From contig OZ241826.1 in NCBI GenBank assembly GCA_965202585.1, forward strand, positions 15,562,001 to 15,626,000: DNA of 64,000 nt. Direction: 5' to 3'. The DNA is from Thalia democratica (taxonomy: Eukaryota). The position numbers were made by a program, and so were the translations under genes. This document shows positions 25,601 to 37,100 of the stretch, piece by piece; within the stretch, counting starts at the first letter, position 1; every line of letters starts with the position of its first letter. The notes under the pieces were generated by a model. That model saw only the letters and a list, made by a program, of their open reading frames with translations. It did not search any database and had not been told where the DNA came from.

Positions 25601-28600
25601 TTAGGATTAGACGTTCTTTTCAACAAATATATGTCTAGATTATTAAAATATTTTGGATTGTTTGTATAATGTTGTCGTGTAATCCTATTAGAGAAGTGTC
25701 AATAAAACTTTTTTTTTCATACATGAATATCATGTTATTCCTATTGTGTTCATTGTATTTTTTTAGGATTAGAGGTTTTTATTGTAAATACTTTGACTTT
25801 TTTGAGTCATGTTGCCTATAATCCTATTAGACATAAATAGGCTTAGAAGTAAACTTTTTAACAAAACTGAATATAGTATTAGGTATGATAAATAATCAAC
25901 TAATCAGATACTTTTTTTAAACATTGTCATAATTTAAATATTTCATGCTTTTATTCAAGGTTTTCAAAAGGGGGAAGATATCAACAAAAAGGGAATTACC
26001 GCTCTAAATAAACTATAAAGTCTTAATTATTTATACATGGGAATCTGTATTACAAACTTTGGTGTGATTTTAAATTCAAATATAGAATTTACCAAGCCTA
26101 TTGCGACTGCTATCTTTTATAAATTCAAATATAAACACAAACTTTGGCGTGATTTTATCCAACGAAGTGGGGTACTCTTCAACAAACTCCGCTGCTTGAC
26201 CCAACAACTTAATGCAGGTCACAATGAGTCCCTTCTGTGAAACCACTTTCGCGCACAGTTCTTTTTGTTCCTGTGAAATTATAGTTCGTTATATTTTTGT
26301 TCCTGTGAATATTAAGTTTGTTATATTTTTGTTCCTGTGAAATTATAGTATATGCAAATAACAAATAAAACTATAGTTGATTAAGTTAAATAATGACGTA
26401 TACTTATGATTAAATTTAATTGAGATAAATAATACACGCATATTACAAAATCATTACTAAAACCACAAATTAGGTTTTTCATGTGAAACCATTTCTTCAT
26501 ATGTAAAACTGATGACTAGATGTTAACACAAAGAAATTTAAATTATTGGTTTTAGTTATACGCAAATCTTATAGGCAACAGACAAAAAATCGCAGTTTGT
26601 TAAAATTTAAACTTGTGTAAGGACTTGTGAAGAAAATTGCTAAAATTGACGTTATTTATTCAAGTATATTACACTTTTTTTTTCTTTCAAAATACAAGCA
26701 GAGAACTTATACAAACACTAATTTATTTGTGCAACATTCTATCCGAATATAAACTATTTCGTTACACAAATTTATTACTTCGAAAAGTAGACAGAACAGT
26801 AGCAATTTAGTTGCGAAGAACTCATTAAAGTATTTAATATAATTTATTATAAATTCTTACTTCGAAAAGTAGACAGAACAGTAGCAGTTTAGTGGCGAAG
26901 AACTCATTTAAGTATTTAATATAATTTATTATAAATTCTTACTTCGAAAAGTAGGCAGAACAGTAGCAATTTAGTGGCGAAGAACTCATTTAAGTATTTT
27001 ATATACTTTATTATAAATTCCTACCTCAAAAAGTAGGCAGAACAGTAGCAATTTAGTGGCGAAGAACTGGTGTCTGTTGTCGTCGTCAATCCACATCTGG
27101 GCGCCCTGATTCGGATGCATCATCGTAGCGTTGTACGTTCTGTAGTCGGTGTGGAGGGTTGATGCTGAATGATCGATCTGTAAATTTGTTTAAGTTAATA
27201 TTATCTGTATGTTTGTATGTTCTGTAGTCGGTGTGTAGTGTAGCTGCCGAATGATCGATCTGTAAATTTTTTTGTTTGTATAGGTATATTTTATATTATT
27301 TATATTTTTTGTAGTCAGTGTAGACTGTAGAGGGTACTGGCTGATTCGTCGATCTAAAATGAAGCAAATATTGGATTTTACTTTAGGTTTTAGATAGGAA
27401 TGTGAATGACTCGTACTATCGGGTCGAGAAATTAAATAACTTTCAATTTTTAGAAACATCTAATACTTGAGACAAGTTACAAAATTTATTTACAACAAGT
27501 AGAAAAAGTTAGTAACAATTTATTTAATCAGTCTACTTACCTTAGTTTTAACTTGTAAACACGTTTAACCAAACCTTTACTATTTCAGATGATTTTTTAG
27601 TTCAACTATATTTACAATTTTATAACAAAACTTACATCGGCAACAATGTTTCCAATAACTTTTTGCGACCAAGTACCACTGACTCTTTTCATGAGGACAA
27701 CTATCATATCACAAATCCTAGAAAAAAAATTAATAACAATTATAATAATTTTATTTATTTAATCTTTTAATGAGGACAACTATCATATCGCATATCCTGG
27801 AAAAAAAAATAATTAATATTATTATATTCATTTACTCTTTTCATGAGAACAACTATCATGTCGCATATCCTAGAAAAAATAATTAATAATAATTTTATTT
27901 ATTTAATCTTTTCATGAGGACAACTATCATGTCACAAATCCTGGAAAAAATAGACTTTAGTGTATAGCTTCTTAATGCATTGTATGCTTGAGTAACATTT
28001 ATTACAACTATTTTACGGCGAATTTGAAAATCAAGAATTACTAAAAAGTGCAAGTTAATAGATAAAAAAAAATTAACTTTTTTTTTGAAAAATTTCATTG
28101 AACGTGTAAAATCAAAAAAGTACAAAATTGTTATTACATAAACACACATGATTTGAGACAGTTTATTTATAACTTCTTATACAATTACACGCAGAATTTA
28201 TAATTAGAAACGAGACGTCTTAAATATCGATTTTCTAATTATAAAAATTGTGTTATGCAACGTTCAATACCGCCTCAGTTTTATAAAATTTATATTACAG
28301 ATATTTGCTCAGTTCAAAATATTTTTTGTTAGTTTTGGTTTTAAACTATTTACTTTATTTGTGTAAACAAATAAATATAATAATATAAGAAAAACACTAG
28401 TAATGTTTAAGCTACTATTTTACAATTTTCCCAAGTTAACACATTAATAACACTATATGCATTAACTTAATGATGTCGAAGCTAATTTTAATTATTCTTA
28501 TGTTGTTTTATCTATTTTCGAATGAAAAATAATAAACTGCATTAATTTATCGATTATAACAATTAATAAACAATTAATAAAATCATAAAAATCTGTAAAC

Positions 28601-31008
28601 AGTTTCTTGTTTGTGATTAAAAAATTGCATTAATTTATCGAATTCAACAATTATTAAATAAACAAAATAATTATAAAAACCTGTAAACAGTTTCTTGTTT
28701 GTGATTAATAAATTGCATTAATTTATCGATCATGACAATTGCGAATTTTTCTATCTCATCATCATTCATCATCTTTTCAGAATCCTGAACAAATATTCCA
28801 AGTTATATTTTTAAATAAACTTGTTACATTGGTTACATAAAATGCCGATTTTTATTTTGGTTAACCAACATATACTTATTATTTACTCTGCATACCAGAC
28901 CTTGATAAGTTAATAGAATTTTAAACTCAATTTAAATTTTAAAGTTGTAATTTCTTCTGATAGTTAATTGCATCAACGTAAAACATATTATAGTTAGAAA
29001 AACAAATATTTACAATTAAAGTATTTATTTAAATACACATTTCAACAAACCTGATTGAGCAGTTTGGATTCAGCTTCGTCTTTCTCTTTTCGATCTTGAT
29101 CACATCTTGCTTGTTCCTGTAAAATATAATCAATTTTAATAAATCAAAATACCTTAATATTTTGTTCAAAAAATCTAACAATATGAAAAAATTTTTAATT
29201 GAAAAAATACAAAATAAAAACTAATATTTAAGGTTGTCTTAAATTTACTGCAATTTTCCATAAAATATAAATAAAATGATTAAAATAATAACAAAAAGTA
29301 AAGGAAAACCAAAAAAAAAACTCACTGAAGAAGTTTCACCTCTTTGTGATGTTTCACTCTATTAATAAAAACAAAATAATCAAAATAAAATAATAAAAAC
29401 AAAAATAGAATCGATTAAATTAACAAAATAAAGAAAAAAGCGCAATTTCCATGCGCTTGTAATTTACACTTTTACAACTAAATAACAAAAACAAAAATAA
29501 ATAAATCAAATTAAAAAAAAAAAATAACAGAATAGTTTACATGCGCTTGTAATTTATAATTTCAAAACTACCCTAACTTGACAAGGTTCATATAAAATAC
29601 AAACTTGATTATAATATAATTATTAACAAATTTACCATCATAAGAGGGTACTGATCTTGATCATCAAACATTTCGTATTCGGCGTAATCCAGATTGTCCT
29701 CTTGATCGAACACGATCGCTGCCGGATCGATCATTCGACCGTCGTCTTCAGCTGTTTGTTTATTAGCATCATTAATATGGCATAATATTTTATTAAGAAT
29801 AGTATAAGTTAATTTCTGAGTCTGTATCCCGAAAAAAAAAAGGCAAACAGGTTTTAAAAATATGCTAAAAGTAAACTTTAGTCCAATAAAAACCCAGTCG
29901 AAATACTTGAAGCGTTTTAAGTTTTTCGAGGACATGAGATAATTACACTAAAAATTTTACTAAATAATTTGACCCCCTTACAATAAACAATTGGAACAAC
30001 ACAACTTGTTGGAACAACTTACAATATACTAATGCAGACAATATCAAAACAACAACAAAATATTTAAATAAAAATTTCATCAAAACCAACGTTCGGCATC
30101 CGGTAGGTCTGGCGGAGGAACCATCGCTTGCGGGGGAGTTGAAAACTCCTGGTCCTGGGGAGGAGTTTCTCCTTCCTGATCCTGAGGAGGACTTTCTCCC
30201 TCCTGGTAGGGAGAACTTTCTCCTTCCTCGGAGGCGGGCGCTTCCACCTGAGGCGGTTCCTCGCCTCCGGCCTCTGCCACGGGCGCCGCTGCCGGTAAAT
30301 TTTCTTAATAAGTAGATAAAAAAATTAGCAACTCATGAGAAGACAAACCTTTACATGCTTAGTTTTGTTAAAACTAGCAATTTATTGAGTTAAAACGTTA
30401 GGATTAATTATCTAATAATTGAACTAAACTCAAGTTTCAACTCAACAACTAAAGAAAAGTATATTTATTATCGATTTAAAACTAAACAAACTTAATAAAC
30501 AAACTAAGTGTTGTGATTCGCGCCACATTAAAAATAAAAACTAAAAATCATTTAACAAACAAAACAAACAAAAAACTATTTTATCGTTTTTCCACACTCA
30601 CCTCCTTCACCTCCTTCCTGCTGATCGGTGTTGTTCTCCTGCTGCGTCGTCTGCATGCTCATCTGTATGGCGCGCATCAGGTCGTCCTGGTACTGGTCCT
30701 CGCTGTTGCTTGCCGGCGTGTCGCTCGATCCTCCGTTCAGCAAGTGCTGCACGGCGTCCTCCACCCTCCGGTGCCTCCTCAATGCCGGCACGACCTGGTC
30801 GCGCGTGAACCCCATCTCTATTATCTGTTTGATAAAGATTTTGTTTTATAATAAATAAATATATGTATATATATTATTACGTAATACCTATTTTTGTATA
30901 ATTTTATTGCTGTACTTACAAGTTTGTTTTTCATTGAATAAAACTTGGCTGAGGACGCGTATTAAACGCAGAAACAGCTGTACCAAGCAAAAGTTTATTT
31001 TGTGTTTG

Positions 31009-31042
<34 letters not shown>

Positions 31043-31069
31043 TAAATTTAATTTATTAAGTTAAATAAC

Positions 31070-31108
<39 letters not shown>

Positions 31109-34100
31109 GAATTAACTTATTTAACTTAATAAATTAAATTATTCACACTGAGCCCACCTTGAGGACTTTATTATTAAAAAGGTTTATTTAAAGATGCAAA
31201 ACTCAAAGGACTCGTTTACTGTTAGTGTTATTACTGAAAATTTTGTCTATTTTTATTTTAATTTAATTTCAAGCTACACATAAAAAAAAAAAACTTTTAC
31301 ATCAAGTTGTCACAATATTTCACAACTTTTGCTTCAACCTGCTGAATATTTTCTTCGGAGGGTTCCGGTTGCTGGGGCGGAGGGGGCTGTTGCGAGGCGG
31401 GGGGGACGTAGGTGCCCCTCACCCTCACCCTGGGCCTCCTGCCCCCAGCAACGTTGCTACCCGACGGTTGCGATGACGACGCCCTTGTGGCTTGCTCGAT
31501 CAGCGCGTTCATGTCCAACCCGATGTCCCGGATGCGACGGGCCGCTTCCTCCGTTGCCGGCTCGCTGTTGGGATGGGTAGGGGTTTGTGTTTGTGATAGT
31601 TTGAAAGTTAGTTACTTCTAAATAATTTTAAATTTTAAATAATTATAGTTTAATAAATATATTTTAATAATTATAGTATGGGTGTGTGTTTATTTGTGTA
31701 CCAATAAAAGTTATTACAATCAAATTTTATTTAGTAGTTAGTAACTCTTGTCAGTCCGAATGGTTTAAAACCGAGTATCAAAAAAGTTGCTGTTTCGCTG
31801 TTGGGATAGGTGGGGGTTTGTGTTTGTGATAATTTTAAAGTTAATAATTTATTAAGGGTTTTTTCGAGAAGATTATTTATTTTAATTGAATTTATGGTCA
31901 TTTCAGAAAACTTGGCTTTGCCAATAGTTTAATCAAACAACCTCAACATGTTATTAAATAACACAATATAATCTAAAATAAACTTACTTTCCGGAGATTG
32001 GAACTGCCACGCTCCTGTCGCCGTCTCTAGCTCTGTAAAAAATATTTTCATTTTATTTTATCTTTTTTAATACTGTTAGGGTTTCAAACCATCTAGCGTA
32101 TCTAAATTAGCTGATAAATACTGACCTCCACTGGTTCCTACTGCTGCCAGACATGAGAACCTGCTGTATGGGGACATTGGCGCCAGCTAGTAACTGATCG
32201 ATGGCGTTTGTAGTCAGGTCTGCTGGTGGCTTTGCTGAGTCCCATTTCTGTAAATTGGGTTAAAATAAATATAAGCAAAAATATATCAGTGTACTTCAAA
32301 ATTATATTGTTTTGTATATAGTGAGCTCTAAAAACGTTATTCAACAGCATAAACTAGGGTGAAAAAAATTTTCAAGACTCTAGTCAAATTGTGATATACT
32401 TTTAAAATTAATATAGATCAGGATTAGTTTGGGAGCTACAAATCTAGTAGATTATCATTTTTAGCCAAGCTCATTCAAAATAAAATATATACCATTATTA
32501 AATTACTTATAATTTTCAATATTTAAAGTATACAAACCACTTTATCTTCTTCGTCGAGTTTCTGTTTGATTATTTTTTCACCTTTTATGAGATGGCACAA
32601 TATCAGTATAACTGAATCGACGATTCTGCTGCTCTGTTTCGACAAGCAACCAGAATCCCATAACAACTGCATTGCTTTCAGTGAATCCTGTGTGGAGGAA
32701 ATTGGTTATAGATGATTTTTCTAATTTACTTTAGTTTATTTATTTTCAGCTGTAAGATTCAAGATAAAAATTTATATAAATTATAATGATTGTTCATCTC
32801 AGTCATCACTAAATGCTTAATTTCAAATTTTGTGCATCTTAACAAAAGGTTTTAGATACAAAAAGTACTTAAGCTAACATGTAATCAAGCCTACATATAA
32901 CACAAGTGTAGTCATTTACATTTTCCTAATCAAAACAAAGCCAAACACAACAATATGTACTAATAACAAAAATATAACACTTTACAAGTTATATACAGTT
33001 ATCCTAAATGAAACAGCATCTTCACTTAACTGGTTATAAAAAAGCCAAACACAACACACCTTCTGCATTTTGATGAGGAACCTAGCAGGAGAAAACGGTA
33101 TCACCAGCGGTTCCTCGGTGCTTCCGTGGGCGTTGTAGGGAGCCTTCTTGGTGTGAACGACGTGCGGTGATTGGAAGACGTTGGAGGGGTTCACCAGCCT
33201 CTCGACCAATGACAGCCACGGATCCAGGAAGTCGCTGAGAGTTCCTGCGCATACAGCTACGTGAGACAAAAAAAAATAAGGGGTGATGAGATTGTTTCAA
33301 TACTTAAGTTTTTTTTTTTTATACTTGGTACTAATACCAATTTACAAAGATTAAAAATTTTAACGCAGCCTTTGAGAAATTATCTTGACAACTTTTTGTA
33401 CTGCTACAATATTTTTTTAATTCTAAATATGTGTAGTATTTGATACATTTCTATGGTACAAAAAATATTGGTGTTAGACTTGTTAGTACTTATTTTTAAC
33501 TATTTATTTAGTTTGAAATATATAAATAAAAAAATTTTGTTGTCAGTAAAACCGAGAAGTATGTTTTCAATTTAATTTAAAAATTTGTTTAAATTTCAAC
33601 TTATGTCTTTTATTTTTATGAAAGCTAATTATATTTTAACATTTTTTATTTTGTTTATTTAAAACAGGTTTGTTACCTGGAATTTCACTGCTGTTCTCAG
33701 GGGACTCGTCATTTTCTTTTTCAATGTAGCACTCCAAAACCCACTTGAAGCAACTGTAAATAAGTTAAAATACTTATATAAAATATAATTATACCTTACT
33801 TGAGTTGTATAGAGCAAGTTTTACATGTAACAAAACCAACAAGACAAAATTACCAAGTAAGAAAGTATTTTCAGTTTTAAAACTACTAGTACTAGTTTGA
33901 TTTACAAATAATAATTTAACGTGTACTTTGTGAACAATCTAATTTGCATTCAAGCTGTAAACACTGTTATATACAAATAAATACAAAGAAACAAACTCGA
34001 ATAATGCTTGTTGAGCCTTGGTTCCGAGGAAGTACTGAAGCATGAGGTGGTAAGGCATCTTTTTATCATCAAACAACAATGGAAGAGTGAATCCCACAGT

Positions 34101-37100
34101 GCAAATGTAGAAGGTAACTCTGTGATAATTATCAATATTTAAAAATGAATTTAACTTTTATCATCAAATAATAGTGGTAATGTGAATCCCACAGTGCAAA
34201 TGTAGAAGGTGACTCTGTAAAAGAAGATAATTAACTACGAAACAAGTTACTAACAAAGGTTATTTTAAGATTTAAATAATTGAGTTACATCCATAATGAA
34301 ATGTATAATTATTAGCTCAATTTTTTACAAGAATGTGTGTAGGTGACAAATTAAACAAAATATATTTTTTGTGTTTTAAATTAAACTTTATATGAATCTT
34401 TTTCGCACCACTAAATTTTATTTAGAAATTATGATTTTCGATTTTAAAGGCACAAACAAAAGTATCCGCTAGGTGGCGCTATCGAAAGCGGATGTTGCGA
34501 AAAGTTTCATCGAATTAACTTACCACTTTCAAATTCAATTCTGTTTTCTTTTACCTCCATTTTGTTATGCTTTTTATGATATTTAGTTTTGTTAATACAA
34601 ATAATCTGCTGTTGCATTTAAAAATTTGTTCATAAGTTTAAAAACTAATAAACATACTTATTTATTAAGAAATTTTTTAACTACTCACATGTAAAAAATG
34701 AATACAATTCTTTACTGTTAATTAATTTCGAAGTAAATTTTCCTTTTCCAAATAAAAGAAATCTAATTTAGTCTTCAAAAGGATAAAAATTATATAAATC
34801 AAAACAAAATCTACCATAAAACCAAATTACATGCCACAACTTACATAATCTAGCTGCAAATGAAAACTTTTACTGCTGGCCACTTAACTTCACATTTTGG
34901 CAAGCAGCTGCGAGCTTAACACAACAATCAATTACCTCTCTCCGAAATCTCACTTCTAATTTATACATGCATATCAAGTTGCAAATTGGAACTTTTGAAA
35001 CGTGATACCTTCACATTCACACCTCGTACATTTGCTGCATTTAAAAAGCTGCGCCACAACCAGATCAAGCTGCAAAATCTGAACAGTTCCAACGCTTTTT
35101 GCGCTGCACACAACAAATAATTAAGCTGCTCTCAACTAGAATTAACGCACTCGCCAAAAGTTATTACAAAAAAAGTGATAAGAGCGCTATTTCTGGTAAA
35201 AACTTGAAAAAAAAGTCGAGCGCAGAGTTTCGCTCCAATCTGCTGCTGCTGAAACTTTTCAAGCAATTTATAACTGGAAGGTTGTTCAAACTTAGAGAGC
35301 TGTGCAGAAAGGGCGGTGCGCTCTCGATTGTTCTCGAATGCAGCATTGCAGCTAGTATCAGGTTGCTGCAATCATTGCAGGGAGACACGTACTTGCGCGC
35401 GCGCTCAACCGCGACGAAACGAATTGACAGAATGTTCTGGCAAATTGCGAAATACATCGCTTTTGGTCATGTGACCGCGATGGCTGGTTGATATTGGGCG
35501 AATTTGTTTATTTCGCTCAAGTGGATTTGTGTATTGAGAGGTAAATCTTTTGATAAGCTTTATATTGAATAAAATATAACTTTAACAAAAGATTGTGTAC
35601 GTTAAAAAGGTATCAATAGCTTAATACGTAAGGGGATGTTTTAACCGTCAAGATTTAGTATTTCAACAACAGAAACTAGCGTTGGCAACAAAAGATTAAA
35701 ACTTAATAAATTATCCAAACATATTTACCTTTTGTAAAGTATACCATTATAAGTATGTAATCGTATGGACCTTATACGTTTCAATGGGACAGGCAACAGC
35801 AACGGCAGCTGATAATCTTCAGCATTAAAAAGTAGTGTGTGTGCGTACAATGATATATTTGAACAACTTGTAGTGCGCGGCTTAGATAAGCTGTTCAAAC
35901 ATTCAGAATTCTCAGAAATGCGTGCCTAGTTTTGTTAACTTTTTGCCGTCATTAGTTTTGTTTTATAAACTTTGTAAGAGGTTGTTCACCCCAGTGTTTT
36001 ATACAAAAGGTGCGGAGATAGCAAAAAGCTGATGTATATATAAAATAAATCGTGCTTTTCCAATAAATTATATATATAATAATGTGATTGAATAAATTCA
36101 AACACTTTCCACAGAGCCCACTTAAAGGTTTAAGCATTTAGCTTTATGAAACGTATGTTCTGGTTTTTTTTAATTACTTTTCTTAATAAATTATAAATTA
36201 GAAATGGACATTAAACATATAAATCATTTAGCATACTGAATTGAATATGCTTTTACCATAATATTGCTTTTCACAAACAAAAACACAATTACTTTACGTA
36301 AATTTACTTTAAGTTTTAAATTTTAACGATAAAAATTATTTAATCACAATAGACTGCTAAATTATTTTAGCTTAATTTGTTGGCCAAATTATTCATCACT
36401 TAATGCAAGAAAATCGAAACAACTAAATATATAAATATATATACAACTAAATAAGTTATAAGGCCTAGGAAACTGTTAAACTTTTAAAACCTCTTGACAT
36501 TCATGCGCAGAGTATTTTCAATAAAATATTATTCTTACAAAAACTACTTCAGAGTCAAGTGCAAATTCCTTAGCTCATAAAAAATACACCCCTGAATACT
36601 TTCTCAATTTCAGCCTCAATTAAGCTGATCAAATACTTGACAAAAAACTGTTAATGTACAAAATAGGCCAACTCTATATCTAACTTGACCTCTAAATCAC
36701 ATTGCTAGAACATAAAAAAATCTAAACCGAATAAATTTATAATTAAACTACTCAAATTCAGACCACATTCAGCTGCTGAAAAACAAATTGCTTAAAAAGC
36801 GCGCTGGAATATGCTTGAAATTCCTCAGCTCATAAAAAAACATCCCTCGATATTTTCTTAATTTCATTCAGCTACTCAAACAATTTCTCGAAGACTATTG
36901 TTTTAAATTTAAGTTCTTTTTGTTGCTATCTATTTAGTTGCTCTCATTACATTCTACTTGATCTATTTCACATTACTAAACTAATGCAAAAATACCCTCA
37001 TAAAAATTTTTTTTATTCAGTTACTCGATATAGCTGTTCTCAAGATATGAAAAAGACGAAAAGGCGCGCTTGAATATGCTTGAAAATTCACTTCATTTCA

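Noticed and set aside
26235-26237. Internal CAG as the start of exon 41
   Set aside because: The upstream acceptor at 26271 gives ELCAKVVSQ, matching the conserved helix, and it is the one that is echoed.
29447-29556. Duplicated ttacaag-CGCAT motif as a 5-nt micro-exon
   Set aside because: It would break the otherwise continuous frame, the acceptor is weak, and the second copy lacks GT.
35099-35491. Overlapping 79-130 aa ORFs, and the 19101-19433 ORFs, as nested genes
   Set aside because: No recognisable motif or splice chain. They are explained by locally higher GC content.
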